Below, one piece after another: positions 1-13,092 of a stretch of DNA of 64,000 bases; the stretch's first letter is position 1; each line of letters starts with the position of its first letter. The notes below the pieces were generated by a model. The model searched no databases. It was not told where the DNA came from and saw nothing but the letters and a program-made list of their open reading frames with translations. The stretch is from NCBI GenBank assembly GCA_013265495.1, contig MU058384.1:2044-66043 (forward strand). The letters are read 5' to 3'. A program made the position numbers and the translations under genes. Source of the DNA: Vicugna vicugna (lineage: Eukaryota).

Positions 1-338
1 CATGTTTTCAAGTGATCTCTCACTATGTCTGTACACAGACTCTACACTATTTGTTCTCAAACGGAGCCAATGATCAGAATATCCAAGCTGCTAAAGATTG
101 ATTTCTAGGTTTGAGAGTAGGAACAAAACACAGATCTTTTTACAAAAATGATATTTGGTTGATTCTGATACTTAATAGATCTGAAAACCACTGTTTTAAA
201 TATTCCAACATGAAATACATATCATAAGCCTTTTCTTATTTGATCTATTTCATTTGGGGGGAGGTCCTCTTTCATTTCTAGCTAATGAATTCCGATAAAA
301 ATTTTAAAACCCAGACCACAATTTGCCTCATTCTGAAG

Positions 339-496
339 TACTAGGTATTATGCTAGGTACTTTACTTATATTCTTTCATTTACTCTTCAAACACTTCTAT
401 AAGCTAGACATAATTAATGCTAAGAAAGTTGTCTAAGATTATACACACCTAGAATCATGCCAATGTTTGAACCAAAACTGTTCAAATCCAAAGTCT
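339..496 (-). mobile_element. MIR SINE fragment
   Basis: Decayed reverse-complement MIR core (ctaggtattatgctaggtactttac...gtttgaaccaaaactgttcaaatccaaagtc). Confidence 0.5.
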
Positions 497-3400
497 TAGT
501 AAGTGAAGACCACATTTTATTGGGACTTATATCAATTATACACCCAATTCATTGATTTTATATCCATGTTCTTGCAATACGATTTTCTAGTCTTCTATAA
601 TGGTAATTCCTCCTTGTTGAATTTGTGTCTGTGATATTTGACTTAGTTTCAGCTATGTTTTATTTCAGACGAGCTGCTCTGTCACTAAAATCTGCAATGA
701 GAAACAGATTTACTGAGTCACAAGTTTTTAATCTATAGTGGTTGGATTAATTTGATTTGCCAAATGTTGACCTATGTCCTCTGACCTAAAGACATGCAAA
801 ACAGCAAAATCTTGTGATAGGTAGTACCTTCCTAGGAATAATTGGGGCTCAGGCAGAAGAGCTCTGGGGAAGGAAGATGGGGCCTGGAGGATGGACAGTT
901 CAGTCTGTCTTTATAACGTACAAGGGTAAATGACATGATTTGTATCCACTGACAAAGGGCAATGAGACATTTTTCTTTTACTTTTTTCCAGAGCATTTTC
1001 TTGGAAAGATATAGAAAGTGAGTCCTAACTCTAACCTTGGGACTCAAGATTGATCTCTCTAGGAATGAAGCCTGTTCTCCAATTGCCCTAAGTAGGGCCT
1101 TCTGGGGGTATTTGCTCCATTCTGGAGTCCCTCTTATTTCCTTACAGCCACAAAAATTCTTAAACTACTATAATTCTTCTTGGAAATCACCAAGCTAATT
1201 TTCTAGCATCACCATAGAAGCAGATTTCAAGTCATGCCATGTTTTCTTAAAATTTGTTTTTCATATTTATACTGAACATTGCCTATTTCTCAACTTCTAA
1301 ATGAAACAAAAATATGTGATATTGCCTCATGCCCAGTATTTATACAACAGATTCCTATGATCACATTATTCTTAAAACAAGCTAATGACGTACATAGAGA
1401 CAGTATTTTCTCTCCTACATACAAACGCTGGAACAGATATGCAGAGATGGCCAAGCATTGGTCCTGGCAAGACATGTATAGGGAGGAGAACTGAGTCAAT
1501 AACTTGGCTCTCCTGCTGTTCTGCCCATCAGCCCTTCTGTTTTCACTGTCAGCTTTGACAGATAGATGTTTTGAATGTGACTAAATCCCCAGAAAAACTG
1601 CTCATTCCCCCTGTGAAATACAGCAGAAGCAAGCAGGCTCACTGGCCTCCACACTCTGCAAAGAAAGTGAATTAAAACTAACCAGGAAACCTATTTGTAG
1701 CCCCGTGAAAGCATCTTGAAAAGTAATATTCAAAGTACTCTATGACTTTGTTATAATGATTCTCACAGTCATGTTTTACCTTCATAGAAAAGGCCAAAGA
1801 AACTTCATCTAGATTGAAATAAGATAATATTAAGCTGAAAAAACCAGAATACAATAATATTTTCATTTTATCTCTCAAATCACAATTTATCCGACTGATA
1901 ACATTTCAGAGTTCATGTGTGTTTGGCAATTTGCTGACTAGTGCACTGTTATCTTAGGATTCTTATGAATCCCATGAAATAAATGAGTTTGCTGGTGACT
2001 GCATCACAGACAGCAGTCAATCATTTTTACTAGTTAAATCTAAGTGATAATATGAGAAAAAAAATCAGACCCATGAAAATTGCAATAAGAATTAAAATGG
2101 CTAATTTTGTTAGAACACAGCATATGTGTCTTGTTTTGAAATATATATAATAAGAGGGTTTTTTATGAAGAGGAAAATGTAGTTGTGTATTGATCTCTTT
2201 CCTCTGAATGACCCTGCATTTCCTTCTTTTAAATCTTATAGAACTTTGTGCATCTCGAGATACTTGTAACCAATTATATTCCTCTCGAGTAATTTACAGA
2301 TCTTTCTAAACTCTTTCTGGGTATGAGTTCATTACTCCAGGCTGGATAGTCCTCTTTTTTCTTTAACACCTCCTTCAGCGTCTGCTTAAAAACATTCGAA
2401 TATTGAAAAAGTTATTCAAAATCATGATTAATAAAACTTTTTCCAAAATTCCTTCCTTCAGAATCGTACCTTGTTAGGATTCTCGAGAAACAGGCAGACA
2501 TTTGCCAGCAGGAGTGCAGGGTAGAGTCCGCGGTCAAGTGTTGCTGCCTAATTGCAGGATGGAGGCAGCTTGCCAACTGGCTTTCCTTGCTTTTCTGAAA
2601 TGTAGTTTTTACTTTCTAAAGTTTAGATATTGTTCGTCAAGTTTTCCTTTTAAATCTTCCCTATAGCTTTTCAGTTATGTATTGTGGACCATTATTAGTT
2701 ACCCTGAGATGTGCGAAGAAATGGGGGTGGGGCTGGGGTTGGAGGACAGCTTCCTCATATACCAGAGGATGCCAGAGATGGAGGGAGCGCTCCATGAAGA
2801 AACACATGGCTGTGCAGTGGAAAAAGACAAGGTCTGCAGTAGATAATACTCTAGGGGCTGACATTTCTTTGGAATTATAATATTGTATCATTAAAGAATT
2901 TTTTTTTTTTGCTTCAGCGTGTTGGTGTGTGGAGGACATTGCTTATCTTAAAAATCTTTATCAAAATGTGAATATATTCAATCTTTTACCAGCTGTTACT
3001 CAAAGATACATTTAAATGTTAGAGAAATAAGCTTTGAAAGTGTAGCACCAGCAAACCAAATGTTTACTGAAAGAGAGAATGAGAAAAGGATGCACAAGGA
3101 ACCTTTGAGATCTCCCTGGGAGAAATGGCAAGGGGTGACGGAGCAAGTTCACTTACTTAGAGATTTTCTTGCAGCACAGCTCAGGATAAAGGTGAGTGTT
3201 TCATTTGAGGGTGGGCTTTATTTTCTTAGCATTTATTCTTAATACTTGAGAAGAAACCATATCTTATAATGACACTAAGGCTGCTTTTCCTCTCCTGGGA
3301 GCTGTGTTAACAATAGCACATTCCTCCAGCGATCACTGTGAGTGGCAAGGCAAGGATGCCTTCCAGGCAGATGCTGTCTGGAAATGTTCTCCCGCATTCT

Positions 3401-4034
3401 TCTAGCTCCAGGTTAATCAGAAGCCCCTGCTCACTATTGTGCTGGTATTAGTATTATATCTGTTGCATGGATATAAAGAGATAATATCAAGTGATGAATA
3501 TTTATTCCAAAAATGTAGGCAAAAGAAGTAAGGTTGACATTTCATTATAGTAGAATCTATTGAATCAAATTTACACTTGTCAAAAGATTGTAAATGGTCT
3601 TTGAAACACCACGGAAAAAGAGCTTTCCAATTATAACAGAAGTCATATAGTGGCTGAAAGGTCAGAAATACCAGCCAAGGTCAAAAAAATTGGGAGAATT
3701 ACATTTTATCTTTGCTTTTGCTTTTCATGTAAACAATGATTCACCCATCAGATACTCAGAAGGAAGCTGTATTTTGGATGGCTATTAGATTAGTTGATAT
3801 TATCTGTAAGTTGATATTAATTTCCTAGGCTGCTGAAATTGACTAGACAGTGTGTACATCTGTTTAGTGCTGCAAAATGCTACCTAAGTCTTTTTTTATA
3901 TTTATGAATGCATAACTTTGGTTGAGTTCATGAATAAAGAAATAGAAAATTGTAATTATATGTGGATTTTTTTTTTACTTTTGAAGTGTAGATCTTAGCA
4001 TTCATAAAATTTTCAAAGAGTTCCTATATTAATC

Positions 4035-4492
4035 AATGTCACAGCAGGAAACAGATGGCATACACAAATTGGGACACTTTGAGGAAATTTAAATAGGGGA
4101 ATATTTATAAGGAAATCATGCTGAATAACACAACTTCCTTGGGCTTGTACCACACAGGAGAGGAACCCCCCAAGGCCCAAAGTGGCAAGTCATTGGAAGA
4201 AGAGGCACAGAGGCTTGTGCACAGAGGGCTGTCTGACAGTTGCTGTGATCTTCAGCTGATAGGTGATGCTGTCCCACAGTGGTCTCCCCCATCCCCAGCA
4301 GGAGAGAGTCGGAGGGTGAATGCTCTGACTTCATTCTCATCTTACTTTCTGCTTTCTGTTTTACTAATCAGACCCTAATTGGCAGAACCCAGGAATCCAG
4401 TGGGCAAAGAAGCCTGTGATGCAGGCTATGCAGAGCAGTCTCTACAGGCATTGAGAAAGATACAGAAGGGTAAGAAATGGATCTAGAAGACA
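4035..4492 (-). mobile_element. ERVL-class solo LTR (LTR33-like)
   Basis: Starts cagcaggaaacagatggcatacacaaattggg and ends agaagggtaagaaatggatctaga, resembling recalled LTR33/LTR16-group termini. Confidence 0.5.
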
Positions 4493-5709
4493 TGCACACA
4501 TGCACACACACACACATATAATATCAGTAATACTCTGTATGTACTTAGCTCAGTTCCATCATCAACCAGTTTTAAGTCTTGCCTGTTAACTCTTCTTCCT
4601 GCAAAGCTGAAATATATCTACTTGTAACTTTCACACATTTGTTCAAATTCTTATTCCTAATTCTCCAGAGTGTGATTTGATGTCCCTTAAATAATTGGAA
4701 TACATTTATCATTTTCCTTCTAGTTAATTTCTATTCCAGTTTTAGCTCTTCCAGGCTTCTCAAGAATTTCTCATGTTACATCTTCCCTGGTAGTTTAGAT
4801 TCTAAAGTTAGTAAGAATGGTGGAAATGAGCATAGTTATAATTAAATTACATTTGAAATCCTTTAAATCATCCAAAGAACATGCATACATTGTGAGTGCA
4901 TGCATTATCACATTGGACAACTATGACAAATACAACAAAGCAAAATCTACACATAGCTGTCTGGGAAATCAAACCATTTTATCTTATACGTAACTAACAA
5001 ATCCATAGTGGTGAATGGGGAGTGAATGAAAAATTCTGAGTTCCTAATTGCCTGTAAGGTCTGTATCATTTTGTTTAAATATTCAATATTTAAAGTTTCT
5101 TTAAGCTTATTAACAAACATTGATGTTTGTTTCTTCTCGCAAGGATTAAATGAGTGAGTGAAATCATGTTTTTGGGGAAGGTGAATTAACACGTAAGTTA
5201 AGTATGTATATGTTATATATCTACCATATATGGTTTCTACTTTCCTCTCAAGTCTAATAAACTTCCTGGAAATCTATTTCATCTTTTGCAAGATATTTAG
5301 ATTTGGTTATGATCCCTCAGTTGTGAGCTTCCTATGTAGAAAATAGTGGGAGTAATATTTCCTTAAACTTAAAACTATAATGCACTTAATACTACTGACA
5401 ATCACATTACCATATTGGTTAAATTATACTGAACTAAAATATTAAAAAAAGTTTTTAAACAGAAGTTTCTATTTAATTAGGGATTGATAAGCCAATTGCT
5501 TGTGCAACTTATAATCCAAATGTATGCCAGTAGATTGGCCCTTGATAAATTTTGTTTTTTGAAATCATCTAACCTATTGAAATTAAATAGAAAGAAATGA
5601 GAAGCATAAGTAAGTCTTCAAGCATTGGATGAATGAACATCTTTGTGTAATATTTAGAAGATTCCTTCATTGTACAGATGTTTAGAATTAATGACCACAA
5701 AGCTCTTTT

Positions 5710-7400
5710 AATTCAACATATTCAACAAATATTCATTGAGTATTATGTGACAGGTGCCATATAGCAAATCATAATTAATAAGTAATGCATGACCCCTAGC
5801 CTCAGTGGTTGTACAGTTTAGTAAATCGACAGCATTGATGCCACAGTTAGAATTTGTGTTTTGAAAAGATGAAAGATGGTGAGGAGGAACGGGTGCAGTC
5901 TTTCCCGAGGATGGAGGTAAGGTGTGTGTGTAGTAGAAAGTCTTCATGAAAGATATAACACTTAGGAATCTTGAAAGATGCAAGAAAAGAGTGGGAGTCT
6001 TGGAAAAGATACTCCAGGTATAAGGAGTGGCATGAATAGGAGTTCAGAAATATGAAACTAATGTCCCCTATGGGAGCACAGAGGTCATAGAAACATAGAG
6101 AATACAGGGACATAAAGAGAAAAACGTAAGAACAACATCATCAGAGGTCTTTTTTCCCAGACTTACATCTTATACTTCATCCTATAAACTTTAGGAGCCA
6201 ATCAAACATTTCAAATAAAATGTGTGACATGAACAAGTTTTCAATTTAGAAAACATCTCTGTCAATCACATGGAGGACAGAGTAGAAACCAAAGCTTGGA
6301 CAACAGTTAGGTAAGGACTGCATTGTCCTACTTTGGTTTAACAAGGTTTTAACCTAATGTGGTGGTGGTGGGGATGGAAAGATGGGGCAAATATGATGAG
6401 TGTTAATGAGTTGGTAGGACTTAACATTTTGATAGGGAAATTGTCAGCATAACTCTCATCTGGCTTGTTGAACTAGGTGGACTGAGTTGGGTTTACCATA
6501 ATAAAAATTAAAGGATGAGCAGATTTACATATGAAAGAATATCTATGAAATAAATAATTTTCAAAGTCAACCAGGCAGTTGGCTATATGATTCTGGAAAC
6601 CAGGAGAAATGTACAGAATGATAAATAGATTAGAGAGTCAAATCACTCCAACAATGTTTTATGGTTTCAGGTGTATTTTATAAAATAGGGAAAGAATAGG
6701 GCCAAGGTCAAAACCTTTGGGGATACGAAGATTGAAAAAATATTTTTTAAGTAGAAAAGGAGTTACTAAAAGACATGGTGGAGAAAAAGAGAGTTATTAA
6801 TATTATTAGATGTCAAAGGTTGATAAAGAAAGATGAGGTCATTGAACAACTCAATGAACATGGTGACTAGGTGTTCTTGGTACACTTTGCTGAAGAGATG
6901 CCTGTGGATAAATGTGGTAGAAATTCTAGAGTGCATTGAAAAGTGATTGTGGGCTGGAAAGAGGGGAAATATTCATATGTGTAGACTGTTGTATAGTCAG
7001 AATTGTGGACTCTTCTTTTCAGGTCTTTTGCTTTGAACAGAGGACAGGATCACATGGTGGAGGAGTCTGGGTGCTATGCATAAAAAAAAAAAAAAGAGAG
7101 ATGAGGGTCCAGTGAGGGTGAAGAAGTTGTGAACAAAGGAAAGAACTATAGCTGGAGCATGTGTTCACATGAGAAGGAGAAAGACCAGATAATGAGCTCT
7201 GGAGGAGAAGGCAGTACTTTTGAGAGCAGGAGAAATAAGGGAGAGACGTTTAGATAAATTTATACGTAGAGATATTGAGCAAGTATAACTTCTGATAGTG
7301 TAGTTGTCCTCTGTTTTTGGAGATTGAGTATGGTTGGAATTGTGGTATAGGAATGGGAGGAGTTGACCAATAAGGTTAGAAAAAGATTTCTGGGGACCTC
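5710..7400 (-). mobile_element. L2 LINE, decayed 3' portion
   Basis: Begins with the L2 3' tail in reverse (attcaacatattcaacaaatattcattgag), followed by a purine-rich L2-like body (e.g. caaccaggcagttggctatatg, gatagattagagagtca). Confidence 0.55.
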
Positions 7401-7408
7401 TGAGGTGT

Positions 7409-7803
7409 TGTTATGAGCTGAATTGTGTTCCCAAGAAAAAAAATATTGTTGATGGCTTAACCGCAAGTACCAATGTGATTGGATTTGGATGGGGGTCTTT
7501 ATAGAGTTGATTCAGGTCATTGGGTGGGTTCTAATTTGACATGACTGTTATCCTTATATGAAGAACAAATTTGGACACAGATATGTACAGAGGGAAGATG
7601 ATGTAAAGACACAGAGAAAAGATAGCCACCTGCCAGTTAAGAAGTCAGACCTGGAACAAATCCTTCCCTCACAGCCCTCAGAAGAAACCAACCTTGCTGA
7701 TGCCTTGATTTTGGACTTCTAGCCTCAAGAACTGTGAGAAAATAAATTTCTATTGTTTAATATCCCAATATGGAAGATTTGGAAGTCCTAGAAAATTATT
7801 ACA
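7409..7803 (+). mobile_element. MaLR solo LTR, MLT1B-like
   Basis: TG...CA termini (tgttatgagctgaattgtgttccc ... gaaaattattaca). Diagnostic ccttccctcacagccctcagaagaaaccaacc and ggacttctagcctcaagaactgtgagaaaataaatttc. Confidence 0.85.
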
Positions 7804-8329
7804 GAAATCAACTAAAAATAAAAGCATATTTTTTTTGTGGTATACCATTTGGTTCTTCAAGATTTGGTGCTCTGGGAAGAAATGCTTAAAAGTTACATTC
7901 TATGTGGCATGTATTATGCTATTAAAAATGACTCAACAATTAATTATCTACTCCTTTGTTATACCTCTTGTATTGGTTTTAGAGTTGAGAAACAAAAAAC
8001 ATATTTAAATTACATTGTTATTGTTAAATATTTGTAAAATATTTATTTGAATTACAGTTGGAAAAGCAATGTACATTCTTTAATATTTTGGACAAAAGAA
8101 TAGTATAATAGTAAAATTGCTTTTCCCTCTCGTATAATGTATTCCATGCAGTTAATTTAAAGACATTTATAAATTTATGCTTGAAGAGAACATTTAGATC
8201 TCGAAAATAATGTGGTGTACTCATTCCAATACTCCATCATCATCCCTGGAATAAACGAAACAAAGCAATAACCAAACATAAAATCAGCAAAGAGAGCAAA
8301 AAAACCTATGTATAGCCCACAACTTTAGT

Positions 8330-8530
8330 ATTACTGAAAGAGAATACTACATTCTTCAACTTATCTACAAAGAGAATATAAAACGAATTCCAAAAGACCT
8401 CCTACTCTGTGCTCTTTCTAGCCTGTAGATTCAGAGAGCCAAGGAGGTTAGACTTAAGAGACTTGGTGAAAAAAATAGTAGGGATGGAAAACTAAGGCGA
8501 AGCACCGACAAAACCTCTCACTCTCCAATC

Positions 8531-8568
<38 letters not shown>

Positions 8569-9716
8569 AACACACAATTTTTCTCAACCTGGAAATATTT
8601 ATTAAGTGCCTAGTCTTAAGAATGAGAACTCTTATTAAAGATTCTGTTAGGAGAATATCTCTCTCCCCACTCTCCCCACTCCAGGAATCAAGAACTTCAG
8701 TGTAAAAAGAGCCTGAATTTGCAGGATTGGAAATCACTGATTGCCTGTATAGACAGCCAGGAATTATGATGAGAAGGATTGATCCTAATTCCACCACTTG
8801 GTCCTCGACTCATGCTTCCTAGCTGTTAAGAACATGGTCCTATATAAGAGCCTTGCTTCACATAATATACTTTACCTTGAAGGACGCTGTCCCAAGGGCA
8901 AAAGTGTCATCCCCAAGCTGGTGCCTTAGCAACTATCCAGGTGTCCTGTTAAAAGGTCTGCCAACCTAGAATATTTCCTCTCAACATTGTCTCCCCGGGA
9001 GAAACTGTAGTATAACAACAGTTCATATTTTACTCATTACAAATATTGTGATCCACTGATGAACCAGGCCCGGGTTTTTCCCCATCTCTATCAGCTAATT
9101 GTGAGGAACACGCTTAGGACATAGGTGTGAGCTCAGGGAGAGGTATGGCTACAACAGAGGTAAGAAGAGAATCTTGTGCCCTTAGAAACTGCGAATGCTT
9201 CTCTTTGAATATACCATTTTCATTATATGATTCGGCTGGCCTGACAATAGCTTGTGAAGGTTGGTGCTAATTGCATGGTTACTTCATGTCCCAAGGTCAG
9301 GACACATTCTTAAGGTCGAGCAGCAGGCCAGGACTTGTTTTCCTCATCAGACTAGATCTTTGTGGCAGACAACCTTGCTCTAGGGTTTTGAAGGTCTACG
9401 CTAGAAATTTCTTAACAGGCTTGAAAGAAACTGCACATGGGCTCTTTTGTACCATAGTCAACTCTAGAACCAGGAGATCTGCTGGGTCATATGAACCAAG
9501 TGACAGGGATGCTCACACTGTACTCTGAACTTTTGGAGAGAACATTGTTGCCCTGGGCTCCACCCACCGCTTACATCTCTTTGAGTCACTCTAAAGTAAG
9601 ATGGAGCAGTATTTCGAAGTGTAGAATGTGCTGTTTCCAAAGTCTGGAGAAGTCTACTAAATGCTCTACTGCTTTTTAGTTGCAGGATTTTCAAAGTGCC
9701 ACAATTTCTCATTTTC
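8330..9716 (-). mobile_element. ERV-L internal pol fossil, part 2 (RT thumb/connection, RNase H start, integrase C-terminus, dUTPase)
   Basis: Minus-strand peptides KLWHFENPATKK, LVDFSRLWKQHILHF, SLSLGSYDPADLLVLEL (9459-9509) and KTRAWFISGS (~9049-9078) resemble recalled HERV-L/MuERV-L Pol motifs KLLHLAPPTTKK, LVGLFGFWRQHIPHL, LPLGPYDPADPMVLEV and KTRAWFTDGS. Many stops and frameshifts. Confidence 0.8.
8531..8568 (+). repeat. Compound microsatellite (CT)9(CA)10
   Basis: Read directly from the sequence. Confidence 0.95.
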
Positions 9717-10219
9717 TGTGGATGACAGGGTAGCTGGAAAATAGCTGCAAATGTTCTGCCACTCCTTTCATTGAGGGATTGAATCCAACTTCCTCTCCCC
9801 TGAATTTGAGCTGGTCTCCATACTTTATTGATATAATGCAGCAAAACTAGTCCCCTGAAGCTTCTGAAGCCCAGCGATAAGCAGACGTGCAGCTTCTGCC
9901 CAGGCCCCTTGAGGCCCTCACTCTCAGAATCTAGTTACCATGTTGTAAGAAACCCCAAGAAGTCCTGAGAAGAGGTCCACGTGAAGTGGAACCAAGGTCT
10001 CCAGCCGACAATTCCAGCTGAGTTCATAGTCAACAGTCAGCCTCAGCTTGCTAGATGAGTGAGTGAGCCTGCAGCCCCAGCTGACGCTGCATGGAGAGGT
10101 GATTGTGCCTGGCATTTTCTGCTTGAATTGCATCTACATGAACAAAATAAATGATTGCTGTTTCTCTAAGTCACAAAGTATTGAATTGGTTTATTATGCA
10201 GCAGTGGGTAACTGGAACA
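9717..10219 (+). mobile_element. MaLR solo LTR, MLT1F/G/H-like, inserted in ERV-L pol
   Basis: TG...CA ends (tgtgg...gtaactggaaca), ccatgttgtaagaaaccccaag, AATAAA near the 3' end, and a typical ttattatgcagcagtgggtaact terminus. Confidence 0.75.
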
Positions 10220-10517
10220 GAGTGTCCTGTTTCGCCCCATAGCACAGAGCTGCTAAATACTTCATCAATAAGGCAGGTGCCTGAATGTTTTTAGGGTTTA
10301 TTTCCTACTCTCTTGTTTACATGTGACATCCATCACATACAGAATACCTGACAGTTTCTACTTACATTTTTAAATAACATGATGTCATCAGTATAATGGA
10401 CCGCTGTGATATGGTAAAGACTCTCATGTGGCCCAAGTAGGAAGGTAAAGCACCCACTGTGAGAGGAGAGAGATTATTAACTAAAAACATGTAGGACTAT
10501 GTGAATATTTTCTGGTA
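10220..10517 (-). mobile_element. ERV-L internal pol fossil, part 1 (RT catalytic core)
   Basis: Minus strand 10375-10401 encodes VHYTDDIML, versus ERV-L VHYIDDIML. Colinear with part 2 across the MLT1 insertion. Confidence 0.75.
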
Positions 10518-11452
10518 GATAACAGGAGAATATGCCTTGGGACAGATTTAGGGAACATGGAAATAGGGAGTACAGAATATAAAAGTGGATATAAGAAAGT
10601 TTTGCACCATAAAGCTACTTTTCCACACCTTGTGATTTAATATCCTGTCATTGATACCTAGACTTGGTCCTAATAAAACGCTGGGATCATTTCTTGAAGT
10701 TTGGGAAAAACAATGGCCCGTAACAATGGTTTGGAGCTGCTAAAATATAAAATCATATATAATAAATTAAATTATTTACAAATAACTTAAAATAAATCAT
10801 CAAGTGGATAATTCTTGACACTGATGGAGATGGATGTATGGATGTTTAATTTCCTTCTTTTTTTGAATATTATTTTCAGTGTCCTTTTAGTAGTGATATT
10901 TTTATCTGTGATATGAGCCTAAACTTATTTTTATTCTGCTGCAATTTTCCAAAGACATGATCCCTTTGATTTGCAGAATATTTCACTCATGATCAATTTC
11001 ACTCTATAAAGCAGTGAAGAAAATGTGTTAATATTCTGGAGGCTTTAAATTTGTTCATGAGAAAGCAATAGGTATTTCAGTGCAGTCATAGTTTTGTCAC
11101 ATTTCCCATTATATCTGCATTTGGACTTAAAAGCACTAAAATTTTTCTGTATTCAGATTCTTCAGTTCATGATGCCTGGATTCTCATTTTCATGCATTAT
11201 TTCTGCATATTGAAAATATACATTAAGTTGAAAGAAACAGAAATGGAAATTAGAAGAGGGAAAAGAAAGGAGGAACAAAAAACATAGATAACATCCAGAA
11301 ATAAAGTCTTTATTTAGTTAAGCATCAAAAGCATTCATTCATTCATACAATTCTACTTTCCTTCAATAAAGTCTTATTAGGTATCTACTAGGCACTGAGG
11401 ATTCATAAGTGAACAAGGTTTGAATTTTCCCGGCTTTCATAAAGCTATAATC

Positions 11453-11985
11453 TGAAACAACCTAAATGTCCATCAACAGATGACTGGATAAGGAAGTTGT
11501 GGTATATTTATACAATGGAATACTACTCTGCCATAAGAAAGAATAAAATGCTGCCATTTGCAGCAACATAGATAGACCTGGAGATTGTGATTCTAAGTGA
11601 AGTAAGAGACAAAAAACACCATATGATATCACTTGTATGTGGAATCTAACAAGAAGATGAACGAATTTACTTACAAAACAGAAACAGACTCACAGACGTA
11701 GAAAACAAACTTATGGTTACCAGGTGGGGTAGAGGGTGGGAAGGGATAAATTGGGAGTTCGAGATTTACAGATACTAACTAATATATATATAAAATAGAT
11801 AAACAAGTTCATACTGTATAGCACAGGGAACTGTATTCAATATCTTGTAATAACTTATGATGAAAAAGTATATGAAAACAAATACATGTATGTTCATGTA
11901 TGACTGAAGCTTTATGCTGTACACCAAGAAATTGCCACAACATTGTAAACTGACTACACTTCAATACAAAATATATAAAAGAAAT
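11453..11985 (+). mobile_element. 5'-truncated L1 3' end, cetartiodactyl/camelid lineage
   Basis: End of ORF2 (aacctaaatgtccatcaacagatgactggata), G-rich 3'UTR tract, tail cattgtaaactgactacacttcaata and an A-rich end. Confidence 0.9.
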
Positions 11986-12221
11986 ATGTTAAAGGCTTAA
12001 CAAATAAATTACTTAATTAAAACTGTGGTTAATATCATAAGAAGTGCAAAGAGAGCAAGAGGCTCCTAAACAGACTTCCTACTTCTGCTTTTGCCTCCAA
12101 AAGCTCCTGTAGTCTTTTCACAACAGAGCATATGTAAGTGATCTTTCGAAGATGTAAATCATTCTTCTGCTCAGATTCTTCCAATGTATTTCTATCTTAT
12201 CTACAGAAGAATCTTTTTTTG

Positions 12222-12582
12222 ATTACTTGTTGCAGAGTAACAAACCACCGCAAAACTTAATGGCTTAAATTAACAGTTGATTATTGCTTAGGTTTGGGAT
12301 TAACTGGGTTCAGATTGGTGGTTCTCAAGGTCTTTCATGTGGTTACAGTCAAATGCAGCAAAGCTGGATTCCTATGAGGCTTGATGGAACTGGACACCCA
12401 AGGTAACTTCTTCACTCACATGAATTAACTATAAATGGCCGGAGCAGCTGTGGGCTGGCCAGGATCTCTCTCAACTGCAGCTTCCCCACTGGTTAGCTTC
12501 AGCCTCCTTAGAATATGGAAGACTCAAGGCAGACTTCTTATGGTGGTTAGCTTTCCTAAGAGTGAGCATTCCAAGAGACACA
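12222..12582 (-). mobile_element. MaLR LTR, MLT1H/I-like
   Basis: gttgcagagtaacaaaccaccgcaaaacttaatggcttaaa ... agagtgagcattccaagagaca. Confidence 0.6.
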
Positions 12583-13092
12583 TACCTTCCTGTTTCTTCT
12601 TTAAGATGTAAGTTTAATGAGCACAGAGGGTTTTATCTATAATGTCAGAAGGTGAAGCAGAAAATGCTTTCTTGAAGAAGTAAAAGTGAGTTGAAATGTT
12701 AAGGGGGAGTATATCTCTTACTATATAAGACAGTCGGAAAAATCCCTTCTCAGACAGAAGGAAAAGCCTAGTTAGAAACTGGGAGACGTTAGAGAATGGT
12801 GCGTCTGAGAAAGGGAAAGACCTGTAGGGAGTTCAGAGAATAAGGATATTAGAAAATAAGAACCGTTTAGAAGATTCTAGAGACTCTTTGCATCTTTACT
12901 CTAAAGGATTTACTCATTATTTTAAAGCCAGTAGGGGTGTGTCTTTCATAGGATAACACTATGATTATAGTTTCATTTAAAAAAACAAACCCTGGGCACA
13001 CAATTGGAGGGAGTAATGAGAGAGGGGAGAGATTATTTGGGAGAATTTTCAGCAGTGTAATTAAGAAACTATTGAGGTTTGAAGAAATGAGA

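Noticed and set aside
2480..2489. Palindromic TTCTCGAGAA STAT6-like site and scattered TTCCTGGAA sites
   Set aside because: Isolated short motifs are common by chance in 64 kb of mammalian DNA.
3160..3197. Strong donor AAG/gtgagt
   Set aside because: An isolated splice-like signal with no convincing acceptor or recognisable peptide.
8700..9300. Endogenous bornavirus- or filovirus-like element
   Set aside because: Plus-strand translations show no such similarity, and the minus strand is explained by ERV-L pol.
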